Origin: a virus
Lineage: Duplodnaviria > Caudoviricetes
Virus record (IMG/VR): IMGVR_UViG_3300044825_001615
Coordinates: 1 to 29,947 of that record
Reading direction: 5' to 3' (one strand)
DNA: 29,947 nucleotides
Position 1 is the first letter of the stretch, and each line of letters opens with the position of its first letter. The notes beneath the pieces are model-generated. The model was given only the letters and a program-made list of their open reading frames with translations, was not told where the DNA came from and did no database searches. Below are positions 17,401-25,796 of the stretch, in pieces. The position numbers and the translations under genes were made by a program.

Positions 17401-17727
17401 GTCCGGATCATCCTCAAAGATCGGATTCTGGGCGACTTGACGGCCGGCCGGCGTCATGGCGTCCATCCAGTATTTCTGCCCCACGTCGCCGGCTTCCCGC
17501 AGTGCCTTGCCGACCCGATCCGCCCCGGCCATTCCGGCCAGCGATCCTATCCCTGATAGAAGCTGGTTCGCGCCGGCGCCGGCGCCGCGCAGATAGTCGG
17601 CCGCGGTCGCCTTTTGTCCAGCATCCGGCACGCCGGCAGGTTCGTTCGAGAACGGATCGTAGAAGCCCGCGCCAGACGACGGCTTCTTCGGTGTCGATGC
17701 AAATGGGTCGAAAAACTCTGCCATCAT
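8461..17727 (-). CDS. Giant polyvalent (probably virion-delivered) protein: HExxH metallopeptidase-like, two ADP-ribosyltransferase-like modules, LPD38-like C-terminus
   Basis: 3088-aa ORF. Motifs: HELVH (13567-13581) with downstream EFVAEAFSN; WHGTPH...GTGEGAQAYGWG; VRTPAFKAWFGDW...YHGS...FRPEQIKSAIGNRGTFD; NFNRKG...LYAFFNAAVQG...WSKIPEFVKERSLII...IPMPLGF. Confidence 0.82.
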   Translation of the reverse strand: MMAEFFDPFASTPKKPSSGAGFYDPFSNEPAGVPDAGQKATAADYLRGAGAGANQLLSGIGSLAGMAGADRVGKALREAGDVGQKYWMDAMTPAGRQVAQNPIFEDDPDSVIPKLGETPVQSALMSAAQSLPSTAAMAIPGGIGANLLTRGAAGLAARGIGGETMALAGGAIPATTFGGRVAAAAPSAIGMGVSEGVTSAAMNAAQIKSEIEQAPQDQIDRHPAYQELRKTLGDEGARARLADLAEREVFGRTALSTGLIGMATGGGALGGAYRTAKSTAKTPLWKEVAKGVGNEALQEAAQSGPEQYIENLAKRDYLDPNQRPMAGVIPASLSGGVTGGLMGFVMGGAGKVAQAMADNRADQEDPGRPAQEAGDGTAPVPEQAVAPPVVIDPNAGPLQKALSTLPGQPAGPAIDPSAVAVSATADAPQQEPVTRTVAAESGVTDLSDPPQVPMATMTQGAQVPATEPSRSTPVATPNGQQAEPASVIPQPQGQQNGNETQVPKPATSGRSAQPAKVSTPSEDIAELQAAATRHRVAADSVSGRSRAKLLKLAAKLENAAADIAVKTSGQAPVQAAVEPVGADPVLSPGIQERMSKRLAGYDDARLAKAAENKNTVIREAAQAEIARRAAMLPKSVSGTSGNPVGTSVATNGTPESEARPALSVTGKTRPATGSSTIKSNLPPNRRGATLLNAILRITGGDGIHPSMALDTTGDTSNRQPKLRGLFTNRGSADLGELAMHLRESENFDVRDGEHLAELIRRAAAGERITDMETQQREAEAARLAEYKSDIRKKAEEFGLKTAFVKFSDIEERVISILSKRQNALERALDQRSQDIFDSLMSRSENLVSDEEVDALLLDLHQKGLRGREFQDEASRVLREWVDAAERIEEGNRKLQEAADDARDEETPWIGQDDEGSDSQDGGDEKNSGRTGTQPGEGFALSGQTNQEAADAEVARSAEDAEKAAAKPMGGLSDAPLNPPVAEPTRNAGKLPGGTPLATQAKAQPAAGGAALSQTPAAMPAAKAGNVSPNVSADISAGDSLTDKQQAAKDLNDALGDLADIFGKRFRANMMPEQEQKLFPVMVRVFDAAFRLGYHSFKDAARFVLKTIREKIGAEVADGITIDHLQGAYIAMSGGKDDATSKRDVIGVESKTELEQENVTDERGRIDLERDSQNQNAENGVGKEGIRNGSGPNGRSGGQGVPDAEKDGGGDGGVGISGHEALAAGAASDNAIHTGSPGLSPGSAGNSVSVGSGDLRIDGPPIEPDAATPELRAKVLGEGFPLFNRGVTATITPADSAIYNMAQEGKSAAEILSFIGKASRRPFNRYLAAALRKLGVTSTITLDSQGGFNFGDRSYAQKYAAAYSPRTDTVLLFTPREAERHILHELVHAATLKALAAGGPAAARMRVLLRYAQKDGSLSGQYGLSSLDEFVAEAFSNPRFQQALQATPAPNGSTIKNAWEWFVRAVARILGMKTARQETLLDQVMRDGAALMRENAAMTGRLQGSDRYAIAWHGTPHVWAPEPGFPHGRPRLDKMGTGEGAQAYGWGWYSAESHGVAHGYRDRLSGASVTLFMLGGERVGYIGDAKRDLIRVAKSRGYSVEAAVIAAYELKNSNGDLDSASAALWVDNPTKLQNEASNLLHEMEYIPEGGSLYQLDIPDDVMPHLLDWDKPLSEQTPEVQESLRSEGYEGERPDKTYGDQLYRQLSVSRTAKSASETLLRLGIPGLRYLDGQSRADGKGTYNYVIWDQPTLDRIALLERNGEKLDAIRAADEAVRFNLDTEDQFAATEREAGGRAAYDKAKAAGRTKLNYGQWVQVRTPAFKAWFGDWEGAPANASKVVDPETGEPRVVYHGSESIGITKFDGSSLYLTTSKKLAKQYTGWEAEDGKIRRTGEVVPLFVNTGEFSVSVDAQGARAGDIKIPRKLANEIDEEEELIIGGHGFLDDIAQKAEGSGYTAVIFNDVLMNGKTNQDEVSSDVVVVFRPEQIKSAIGNRGTFDANDPDIRYNIADDQQGQQDDRRTIPTTAPAKAPIDGARLRQLRRDAAALERPEHAVFLRVTDDGMAIATGPKGVRVPETFRRFAADNGLTFVAQRGIYGNPRSASAHASYLSGSGASHPMPGPYRESGAMYFGEMGDGNLDRADSVRFSVAGTQPAVTHPASPGNLWQAAKAKAAAILTPGRIDKLIYELQDKYVDLRRIRDHIRKIGGTITDLNDAYLGEELYHKRLSHRTDGFLKAELRPLLVDMRARGVSLQDLETYLHARHAPEANAEMARRNPSQAEIDAGQRQAAATVRSLELHLQRAKATGAATSALEQSLNDARGELAAWNGAQAFRGTEDERRSLSGMSDAAAAAIMDGLTPERRADLEALANRVDAINEGTLQLLQNYGLMSRESLDTWRRTYRHYIPLHRDEAHPDSVNHPIGQGFSTKGDASRRRTGSNQQVTHILGHIAMQREAALTRGEKNNVMRRLYLMARQNPLPDVWKVGTVPTTDIIDKATGFVKTVPDPMYKNLPNVIMLRIAGKDVAITMNEHNPEALRMANALKNLDVDDLHYLIPAVGKATRWFASINTQYNPIFGVINMMRDLQTGALNLSTTELAGKQGQVLKDSLNILKASFKNYGRLPTTGQWAALSEELNMVGGMTGYRDLFLNAEDRGNSILKEMKALDHGSARRAFHAVASWLSDYNEAMETAVRLAAYKAGLDSGMTKERAASLAKNLTVNFNRKGRQTRELGALYAFFNAAVQGTTRMAQTLAGPAGRKIMAGGVLVGAISAVMGIAAMGGGDGEDDEWSKIPEFVKERSLIIPISNDKYIAIPMPLGFHFLPNIGRLAVEMAAYKDKTSGKQMASLFTVLADAFNPLGGSSPPLQMAMPTVLDPFVALAQNRDWTGRPIYIENRNSLDPQPGTQRAKDSATPFAKVFAQAINAATGGTEYTPGGLSPTPDQIDYVIGQLTGGIGREAGKVLAMATAPFTGEELPSYKIPLAGRLYGSTSGASGQSEAFYENILQANAAEREIKGRLKDGTGIAPYMLDKPYALKLAALGNSAERQISKLREIRRGIVSKGGPDSASRAREVNERMAAVMRGFNRQAERMQ

Positions 17728-20243
17728 TGCCGTCCCATGTGTGCGTTGTAGCTTTTTCTAAGCTCCGCGTCGTCGATCGTCTTCCCACGGTTGCTCGGAT
17801 GCGATCTTACCGCTTTCGCGTATTCCTCGAAACTCCCAGGGATACCCACTTGTCCCATCCTCAGCGGTCTGACATCCCCGGTCTGCTCATTGACGAGGTA
17901 TCCGGAGTCCGCCTCGCTGCCTTCCAGCGTCTTCGCCCCATGCATGACGGTCGGCTTCCAATGCGAGGGTCGATCCTTCCCGGTTCTCACCCGGATCTGC
18001 TCCGCTATCGCCGCAGCCTGATCAGGCGTCTTGGCGGTCTGATGCGCAGCGTACAGGGCCTGAAGCTCTTGCTGCTGACGCAGGTTGATGTCGCCGATGT
18101 TCGCCTGCTGATTGGCTAGCCGGTTGCCCAATGCCCCCTTCTCGGATTCGAGCTTCGCCGCCTGCTGCACGATCGGGATTCTCGAGAGGTCCGCCAGCGA
18201 TTGAACCGGGTCGCGCCCCTGACGCCCGGCCTGTATCCGGGCCAACTCCGCCAGATTGTTCTGGTGTCGCTGCTGCGCGTCGGCGTAGTCCTGCGTCTTT
18301 GTCCAGTCGGATGTTTCGGTGCCGTCAGCGGCCGTGTAGCGCCCCGGCGTGACCATCAGAGTCCGCCCGGTCCTTGGGTTCGTGACGGCACCCGTTCCCG
18401 GCGCGTAGTTCTGCCTCGTCGGGTCGTATCCAGGCGCCGCGAATCCGAGAATACCGGATGCCGGATTGAAACGGGCGTTTCCGGCATTCCCGGTTGTCTG
18501 CGCCATGCGTTCCGCACTGAGCTGGCCCTGCGCTGCGGCAAGTGAATTCCGGGTGCTCGCGAGGTCCGCGCGCGCCGCCTCGATCGGGTTGGCCGGCGGG
18601 GATGTCTTCGCCGCAGGGTTCCCAGGGTTGTCCCGGAGATACTGGACCATCCCGGCCTTGGAAGCATCCGAGTTATCCACAGCGCGGACCTGACTCTGTG
18701 TGGGGGCCGGGGGGTTGCTCGGAACGCCGTAGTGCTCGGCTCCGTAGTCCCCGCTTCTGGCTTGGTTCGCCGACTGCTTGAAGAACGCGCCAATCCCGGA
18801 TGCCGCATCTTTCAGCGGGTCGCCACGGTTCAGGTAGGTCAGCGCACCGCCGATGCCGTCATACGCTGGACGGTAGAGATCCTGCGCGGTGATCGGCGCA
18901 AGCTCGTCGTCCTTCCCCTTCACCCCGCCCTGTGCCATCCGTTTGCGGACTCCGCCGCATCCCATTCCGTTCCCGTCGCGCGGCACCGGCGGCTTCCCGT
19001 TCGTCGCGGCGATGATCCCCTCGATGGCCCTGACGGCCGCCTCGTTGTCTGCGGTCTTCTTCGGGAGAACGACCACCGCTTCCCCGTTGGACAGCCGCAC
19101 CTCGTCGCCGGCAAGCACCGCCGGGATGTCATCCGATGTCCCGGACCCCTTGCCGACCACGGGCGCAAAGGCGCCTGTCTGGAAGTCCTTCACTCTTCCG
19201 GCAATTCCACCGCGAGCAAAAGCTCGCGCGGGATCTCCAAGAGTTTGTGCCGCCGTAATGAACATGTTTTTTTTCATCGTTGCAGGCATGTCAATTACTA
19301 ACCGATCAGCGCCATTCACTACTTTTCCGCCTTTGGTTGTTGCTGCTTCCAGCCCTCTTAATTGACGATAGACTGGAACCATTTGCGCGATGTTGGCAAA
19401 TGTTCCAAAATCCGTTTGATTGGACATGACATCATTTGCTACCTGCGCCGCAGCGACGGCTGGATGTATTCCGGCAAAGTTATCGACCGTCGGATACTTA
19501 TCTCGCAGACTCTTGATCGCTTTATTCCCGCTTTTGAAATCCTCAACAATGGGCCGTACAACAGCATCATTCAGTCCTTGCGCGATATTCACTGGAATAA
19601 TTCCTCCCTCAGCCATCTTCCGTCTTCCAGCCACTCCACCGCAAGCCATCCCGCGCGATGTGGTCGCCGTTCCACCAGACGCGTGCGGATCTCCAATGCC
19701 CCCTGGCCGGTACATCGCGTTCGGGTTGATCCCGGCAGCAATCTGCTGTTCGGCCATGGTCTGCACAGGCGCCGCCGGAGCGACAGCATTCTGGTTGATG
19801 CCGGCCGCCGCCCTCGCCTTGTTCATCGCGATTTCCGCGTCGAGCTGCGCCCCTTGTTGCGCGGTCAGTCCGTCGCGCCGCGTTCCGTCTTCCCACACGA
19901 ATGCGCCACCGGGGGAATCGTAACGAGGTCCGCCAATCAGGTTGTCCGCCATCCCGGCAATGCCCCCCGTCGCCATTGGCTTGACGACGCCGCCGCTGGC
20001 ATAGTTCGCCGCCTTCTTCAACTCATCGTTGCGACGCCGGAGGGAATCGACGATGCCGGTCGGTTGCTGTGATGGCGGCTGTGTCGGCGGCTGTGGGGCT
20101 GGAGCTGCTGGTTTCGGAGCAGGCGGCGCGGTTCCTATCCCGTACTTGGCATTTATCTTCGCCAACATCTGTTCCACGGTCTCCCGCTTCTCGTCAGCAG
20201 CCAGTACCATCCCACCATCTGCCATGCACTTGCGCTTTTTCAT
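17724..20243 (-). CDS. Putative internal virion / ejection protein with repeated (M/F/Y)AxGG motifs
   Basis: 839 aa, coupled to the giant gene. Contains GKGSGTSDDIPA...LSNGE, a motif common in tape-measure and ejection proteins. Confidence 0.65.
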   Translation of the reverse strand: MKKRKCMADGGMVLAADEKRETVEQMLAKINAKYGIGTAPPAPKPAAPAPQPPTQPPSQQPTGIVDSLRRRNDELKKAANYASGGVVKPMATGGIAGMADNLIGGPRYDSPGGAFVWEDGTRRDGLTAQQGAQLDAEIAMNKARAAAGINQNAVAPAAPVQTMAEQQIAAGINPNAMYRPGGIGDPHASGGTATTSRGMACGGVAGRRKMAEGGIIPVNIAQGLNDAVVRPIVEDFKSGNKAIKSLRDKYPTVDNFAGIHPAVAAAQVANDVMSNQTDFGTFANIAQMVPVYRQLRGLEAATTKGGKVVNGADRLVIDMPATMKKNMFITAAQTLGDPARAFARGGIAGRVKDFQTGAFAPVVGKGSGTSDDIPAVLAGDEVRLSNGEAVVVLPKKTADNEAAVRAIEGIIAATNGKPPVPRDGNGMGCGGVRKRMAQGGVKGKDDELAPITAQDLYRPAYDGIGGALTYLNRGDPLKDAASGIGAFFKQSANQARSGDYGAEHYGVPSNPPAPTQSQVRAVDNSDASKAGMVQYLRDNPGNPAAKTSPPANPIEAARADLASTRNSLAAAQGQLSAERMAQTTGNAGNARFNPASGILGFAAPGYDPTRQNYAPGTGAVTNPRTGRTLMVTPGRYTAADGTETSDWTKTQDYADAQQRHQNNLAELARIQAGRQGRDPVQSLADLSRIPIVQQAAKLESEKGALGNRLANQQANIGDINLRQQQELQALYAAHQTAKTPDQAAAIAEQIRVRTGKDRPSHWKPTVMHGAKTLEGSEADSGYLVNEQTGDVRPLRMGQVGIPGSFEEYAKAVRSHPSNRGKTIDDAELRKSYNAHMGRQ

Positions 20244-20266
20244 TCGATTCCCCTTGATCCGTTCGA

Positions 20267-21661
20267 CTACGCGCTGACCGAGTAGCTGCTGCTGCCACCT
20301 GCCCGCAGGTTGTTCAACATGCTGACGACTTGGTGCGCGAGCATCTGCGCCTGCGATGAAAAGACCTTCATGTTGTTCTCCACATTCTGCAATGCCGCCG
20401 CCTGGTTCGTCTTCGACGCATCCAGAAAGCTCGCCTGATTGAGCTTCTGCGCATCCAACAGGAGCGCCTGCGTCGTCTTGTCCGCATCGAAGGTCAGCAG
20501 CTTGCTTGCCTTGTCGGCTTCCAGTGCCGCCGCCTGGTTCGCCTTCGAGGCTTCAAAGGCGAGCATCTTCGAGCTTTTCTCGGCGTCGAACGTGGTGGCC
20601 TGGTTCAATTTGGCCGCATCGAACGCCGTCGACAGATTGACCTTCGCCGCATCGAGGGCCAGCGTCTTGTCCGCCTGCGTCGCCCTTAGCATCAGCTCCT
20701 GCGCGTTCGTGCGCGCCGAGAAAGCCTGATACGCGGCGTTGATCATCCTCGTCTGCGCGTCATACGCCCCGCCGGTGACTTGCCATCCCTGCCCATATCC
20801 AGCGACCATCGCCTGGATGTAGTTGATTGCCGACGACAGAGCCGCCTGCCGATTCGACAAGGCCATCCTGACGGCTTCCAGCGCCTTCTGGTAGCTCAGA
20901 TCAAAATCCCTGATGGCGATGGTCCGGGTCAGCGCCGCGACGGCATCCTGTGCCCCCCTCGCCACTCTCAGGGCCGCCGAGTCAGTCGCGCCTGGCGGGA
21001 ACTGCTGCCGTCTGGATACCGCGGCCTCGTAGACTTCCGCGATCGCACGGGTCTGATCCGCGTAAATCTGCGCCGTACCGTCGGCAAGGATATTCGCCTT
21101 GATCGCCGCAGGAATTGCTCCGCTGGTAGTGTTCGAGATGGCCGACACAAGCCATCCTTCCGCCGCCGCGTAAGTTTCCGGCTCGTCCGGGAACCACGTC
21201 GCCACGAATGCACTGAACTTCCCAGCCAGATCGGCAATGATCGTTCCGGCCTGCGTCGAGAAACTTCCCAGCACCAACGCCGGAGAAACGTCCCCGATCG
21301 TCATGCTCGGCTCGGTTGGCGCCGTCGCCGTGATGCTCCCCGCCGTGACAGTCCCGGCCGAGATGGAAGTTGCCGCCACCGTGCCTGCAGTGGCGTCCGT
21401 GGCGGAAATTTCTCCGGCGGAAACCGTTCCAGCAGAAACCGATGTCGCCTCGATGGCATCGACCACGTTTGCGGCAAGCCAGTTGATCAGGTCCGTGATT
21501 CGTGAGTCGAATGAGCTGGTTTTGTTGAAGGCCAGTTCCCAGATTGCATTGATGATCTTTACATTGACATCGATTGCGTAGGCGGCTCCTGGCGTGAAAT
21601 CCCCAGCGGCTATGCTGCTTACCCCGATGTCCCCAATCGGGGATTCAATAATGTCAGCCAT
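20267..21661 (-). CDS. Putative virion / ejection protein with 5-aa and 11-aa repeats
   Basis: 464 aa, Ala-rich; (I/V)SAGT-type pentapeptides and hendecad ...(L/F)DAxKxNQ repeats. Confidence 0.65.
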   Translation of the reverse strand: MADIIESPIGDIGVSSIAAGDFTPGAAYAIDVNVKIINAIWELAFNKTSSFDSRITDLINWLAANVVDAIEATSVSAGTVSAGEISATDATAGTVAATSISAGTVTAGSITATAPTEPSMTIGDVSPALVLGSFSTQAGTIIADLAGKFSAFVATWFPDEPETYAAAEGWLVSAISNTTSGAIPAAIKANILADGTAQIYADQTRAIAEVYEAAVSRRQQFPPGATDSAALRVARGAQDAVAALTRTIAIRDFDLSYQKALEAVRMALSNRQAALSSAINYIQAMVAGYGQGWQVTGGAYDAQTRMINAAYQAFSARTNAQELMLRATQADKTLALDAAKVNLSTAFDAAKLNQATTFDAEKSSKMLAFEASKANQAAALEADKASKLLTFDADKTTQALLLDAQKLNQASFLDASKTNQAAALQNVENNMKVFSSQAQMLAHQVVSMLNNLRAGGSSSYSVSA

Positions 21662-21663
21662 GG

Positions 21664-24102
21664 CTATGTCCGATGTAGTGAGGTGGTGGCTCGGGCGGCG
21701 AAGTCAGCCCCAAGTGTATCAATCCAGTGCCCGGACACACCATCCCGGATGCACACCCGATAGGTCTTGAAAAGGTTCTCGGCCAAATCATCGTAGCGAG
21801 TGGGGAACGTGACCGGGTAGCGTTCGTACTGACTCACCCCGTACTCCTGGCTGAAGACGAAAGCGTACAGCATCTCCAGGAGGTTGCACGGCACGAAGAA
21901 GACTTGTTCGCCCTGGTTGTCGTCGTTGCATGTCGAGAACCCGCCGTACATCTGCAGGGACAGGACGAAGTTGAACAGGTGCGCCGGCAGCGCGCCGTTT
22001 TCCTCTTCTGCCGCCGTGACGTAGTGCGCCCCCTTGAAACTGCCCTGTTCCCGGTACAGCGGCGCGTACATGGCCCGGATCTGCGGAGAAGGGATGCGCC
22101 GGTTCAGCGGAACGTCGCCGGCCATTGGGTCGATGAGCTTTTCCGGGAGCAGTTCCGTGTAGGTGTATCCCTGCTCGTACAGCGTCTGTGTCACGGTGTG
22201 GTAGCGCGTCTGGACCTTGAGGGTGACGACCAGTGAAGCGGAAGTCCCTGAACCGGAGAAGTGGCCTTCGACGAGGATGTAGACTTCGTTGGTGTCGTCC
22301 TGGAATAAGTAGTCCTTGGTATCCCATGTCAGCGTCTCGACAAGATTGTCCTGGTCCTCCGTGATTGATGACAGGTAGTGTCCTTGTGCCCACGGTGCAG
22401 GTCTTGAGTAATATCCTTCCGCATTCTCGCTCTGGTAGACGGTCTGCCCCATCAGCGCCGTCACCATCGAGTTTAGGGCGTTCGTAATCTCTGCTTTGAC
22501 CTCTGGTGATTGGATCCCAGCAACAAGCTTGTACTGGCTAACAGGATTGACGTTTCCGTCATAGTACGGTTCCACGTATGGCCAGTTATAAATTCCGTAT
22601 CCATTTACATCCCCGTAATCTGCCGCGCCACCTAAGCCCAACATTGGATTATAAAAATCCATGTTTGGGATGGCGTTCCACTGCTCTCCAGTAGAATATT
22701 CCCTGAACATCGTGACGCGAACCGTTTCTATACCGGAAAACGACATGACGAAACTCCCGTTCTGTGTCTCGTAGTTCCTCGAAACGATCGGTCGCGAACC
22801 AACGTCCTCCCCTTCGCAATAGTTCCCCAACTGCCCGCGCATTGGCCCAAGGTCAATTGTTAATCCATTGTCCTCAAGACTCCAGAAGAGGTGATCCGAA
22901 GCGGCGTTGAGCCGCATGTCAGTGGAAGTCGGAACGTTGTCCGTAAAATTGATGTACTGCGCATCCACACTTGGATACTCAGACCGAGAGTCAATGGTTT
23001 TTGTGTTGGAAGCGGAGTAGGTTCCAATTCCCAAGAAATTATGGTTTGCTGTCCCGGTAAGCGTGATGCGACTGTAGTTCGCATGCACCGTCCCAGCCAT
23101 TTCCTTCGCTACCACACCTGCCCATGTGAAATACACAATGCCATGCGGAACATCTGGGTAGTTTGCGTAATGACCGAGTGCAGGCGTGGCGTACATGCCG
23201 ATGGCCGTCGAAGGAAGTGTAACCCCAGTAGTCATCGACCCGGAAGACGGGCCGACGTTCACCAGTTCCGGCGGCGTCATCGCCGCTACGTCACCGCCTG
23301 ATGTCTTGCTCAAATACGGCGGCGTGAGCAGCATGGCAATCTGCGCCGTCGAGAATCCCCACTCGCCGCCGAAGTCGTCCCACGAGTCGCCGGAGTAGAA
23401 CAGTTGGCCGAGGTAGGCCGTGTGCGATGCCACCCGCGGACCGACCGTCATGGCCTTGTTCTCGGATCTCGGTGCTGTTGGAGTCAGCGTTTCCGTCACC
23501 CCGTCGCCGCCCCAGGACTGCACGTGCTCCCTCCCAACTGCAAATACCCGCTTCTCGGTCAGGTTGCGCTCCTGGTTCCCGTACTGGTCGTACCGATCTC
23601 CGATGTTGCGCACGTGCGGAATGCACCCATCGCTGCCGCTGGCAGTGATCCCCAGCGAGGGCATTGCCAAGGCGTTGACCTTGATCGTGCTGCCGTCGAA
23701 CAGCACCACGTCGCACCAGTGCGTGTCGTCCGTGCTCGGAACGTTCCATGTCGTTGCGAAGGGTTGAACCTCGTACAGTGCCCCAGAAGGCACATACGGG
23801 CTTTGGAGAATCTCCAGGGTGTAGGGGTCGAACAGAACCGTCAGGGAAGAGCATCTTGCGACGAACCCGCGCAGCACCCGGACTGAAGCAGTCCGTACGG
23901 GGTCTTCCTTCTCGAACAGCGGGAACCCGCCGCGAGAATGGAAGTCGGTCCACGTCCCGTCCGAATTGAGCCAGGACGCCTGACGAATCCCGGAATTTCC
24001 GCCGACAGAAGAGGACATCGCCCGTTCCTGCGCCTTTCCATCCTCGCCCCCCCACCGTTGCGGCAGGGCAAATTCGCCATCGGGGAAAATCCAGTCGCTC
24101 AT
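21664..24102 (-). CDS. Putative virion structural / tail-associated protein
   Basis: 812-aa ORF rich in Tyr/Gly/Thr within the tightly packed late operon; no motif recognised. Confidence 0.6.
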   Translation of the reverse strand: MSDWIFPDGEFALPQRWGGEDGKAQERAMSSSVGGNSGIRQASWLNSDGTWTDFHSRGGFPLFEKEDPVRTASVRVLRGFVARCSSLTVLFDPYTLEILQSPYVPSGALYEVQPFATTWNVPSTDDTHWCDVVLFDGSTIKVNALAMPSLGITASGSDGCIPHVRNIGDRYDQYGNQERNLTEKRVFAVGREHVQSWGGDGVTETLTPTAPRSENKAMTVGPRVASHTAYLGQLFYSGDSWDDFGGEWGFSTAQIAMLLTPPYLSKTSGGDVAAMTPPELVNVGPSSGSMTTGVTLPSTAIGMYATPALGHYANYPDVPHGIVYFTWAGVVAKEMAGTVHANYSRITLTGTANHNFLGIGTYSASNTKTIDSRSEYPSVDAQYINFTDNVPTSTDMRLNAASDHLFWSLEDNGLTIDLGPMRGQLGNYCEGEDVGSRPIVSRNYETQNGSFVMSFSGIETVRVTMFREYSTGEQWNAIPNMDFYNPMLGLGGAADYGDVNGYGIYNWPYVEPYYDGNVNPVSQYKLVAGIQSPEVKAEITNALNSMVTALMGQTVYQSENAEGYYSRPAPWAQGHYLSSITEDQDNLVETLTWDTKDYLFQDDTNEVYILVEGHFSGSGTSASLVVTLKVQTRYHTVTQTLYEQGYTYTELLPEKLIDPMAGDVPLNRRIPSPQIRAMYAPLYREQGSFKGAHYVTAAEEENGALPAHLFNFVLSLQMYGGFSTCNDDNQGEQVFFVPCNLLEMLYAFVFSQEYGVSQYERYPVTFPTRYDDLAENLFKTYRVCIRDGVSGHWIDTLGADFAARATTSLHRT

Positions 24103-25796
24103 AGCCGGCGACTCGATTCTGACACCATCACCTCGACCGCCGACACCTCGATGTCTGACCCTTCGACGTTCTTGATGGCGATCGGAAAGTAGGCATCCCG
24201 CAGCCCCCTGCCTGGAGTGATGCGATGAACGTAAGCGCCCTGCCCGTGCGACCTGGACGGGTAATCGTAGGGGCCATTACCGAAAGAATCCGAAATGCTC
24301 GCCAGCATCCAGTTTTCCACTTTCCCGGTCACGTAGATGGCGGGTAGCGACTTCAGGCTGGAAGTTCCGAAACCCACCCGGCCGAGATGGATCACGGACA
24401 AAATCTCCTCGCCCTGGTCGTCATCCCCCTGCAGAAGCCGTAGCCCGACCGAATCCATGCCGTAGTAGTCGCCGCCGAACTTCGCGAACGAGTTGAAGTG
24501 CCAGTTCGAGTATCGCGACGTTCCCCCGCTGGTCAGGTTGTAGCACACCGTCGTAGCGTCGTCATGGTAGGTGTCCATCGCCGTCATGAAATCGTCGGAC
24601 ACGTCTCGACCGTAGGCAGAGGTCCCGTCCATCGAGCACACCGCGTGGATCATCCCGTTTTCCTGCCGGGTCAGGGTCGCCCCGGTCAGTGCGGCCGGCG
24701 CATTGAACCCGTTGTCACGCTGCTGGGTATGCACGGCGCCGTCTGGCGTCCCGATCACAAAACCATCCGCCCCAAACCACCCAACCGCATTCGTCAGCGG
24801 ATGCTGGAACGCCGTTCCTTTGACGGCGCCGGACGGCAATCTGACAAACAGCTCCTGCTTGTCGATGTCCGCCCCGGCCAGCCAATACGTCTGATCGGCA
24901 ACCACGAAGACGCCGTTCTCGCACGGCGCGACAATGGAGATGTCCCCGGCGAACCGGATGTAGTTCTGCACAGGGTCATACGACCCGAAATCGTATGGCT
25001 CGGAGTAGTACAGCCATGGACCTTTCGCAGAAATCAGGCGACCGTTGAAGATGGCGAGACAATCCCCTGGCGGAAGCGGCTCAAGAAAGTACCGGCGCCC
25101 AATTTGCCGGCCGGTCGCAGGCGCCGTAATCGTGACACTCGGCGTCGCGACAGTGACCGTCTCCGCAAGCTGCAAGGTTTCGCCGTCTGCCGCTGTGCAA
25201 TACACGTTGAAGTGCGTTGCGTCACCGGCCGGAGCCGGCAAGGTGATCACCAGCGACCCTGTGCTGGTCAGATCGAACAAAGAGACCGGAGAAGCTCCCG
25301 ATTCTTCGCCGTCAGCCATGCTGTGCGTCAGGACCACCATGTACGTTCCAGGGAACAGGTCGCCTACGCCTGCAGAGATGGACAGGGGGCCTCCAGGAGG
25401 TTCTACAGCCCAAGGATGGTCCGAGTTGTCCGTCCCGATCCGGCCAGAATCCTCCCCGTTGCTCCACCAGACTTCACCGGCCAGTTCCGCATAGGAAATG
25501 GGCAAAAACGACAGCCCGGTGCGCACCGTCGTGATCGCCAGAGGATTCATTTCGGTGATCACCCCGAGCGTCGTCCCCATCCCGATCAGAACCTTGTCGC
25601 CCTGGTTAGACAGGCTATGCCCGTTGTCGATCGCGACCGTTTCCCGATACCCTCGGCGCATCCGGCAATGTCCCTCGTCGGTGATGTCGACGTTCAGCGC
25701 ATCCAGCAGGCACCCCTGCGGCAGGACGTAATCTCTGGCGGAGTTGTGGATGCCTTTCGGCCAAGGTCCGAGGGAGATGGTTTTCAGGTTAGGCAT
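24099..25796 (-). CDS. Putative virion structural protein (tail nozzle / stabilisation-like)
   Basis: Start placed at ATG 25796 (MPNLKTISLGPWPKG...ALNVDI...RRGY), overlapping the upstream TGA. Predominantly beta-type composition with DGEESGAS and LYYSEP motifs. Confidence 0.65.
   Translation of the reverse strand: MPNLKTISLGPWPKGIHNSARDYVLPQGCLLDALNVDITDEGHCRMRRGYRETVAIDNGHSLSNQGDKVLIGMGTTLGVITEMNPLAITTVRTGLSFLPISYAELAGEVWWSNGEDSGRIGTDNSDHPWAVEPPGGPLSISAGVGDLFPGTYMVVLTHSMADGEESGASPVSLFDLTSTGSLVITLPAPAGDATHFNVYCTAADGETLQLAETVTVATPSVTITAPATGRQIGRRYFLEPLPPGDCLAIFNGRLISAKGPWLYYSEPYDFGSYDPVQNYIRFAGDISIVAPCENGVFVVADQTYWLAGADIDKQELFVRLPSGAVKGTAFQHPLTNAVGWFGADGFVIGTPDGAVHTQQRDNGFNAPAALTGATLTRQENGMIHAVCSMDGTSAYGRDVSDDFMTAMDTYHDDATTVCYNLTSGGTSRYSNWHFNSFAKFGGDYYGMDSVGLRLLQGDDDQGEEILSVIHLGRVGFGTSSLKSLPAIYVTGKVENWMLASISDSFGNGPYDYPSRSHGQGAYVHRITPGRGLRDAYFPIAIKNVEGSDIEVSAVEVMVSESSRRL

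Noticed and set aside
25788-25794. GTTAGGC core-site match at the start of the structural gene
   Set aside because: An isolated 7-mer from the codons for M-P-N; no L boxes or hairpin were seen around it.
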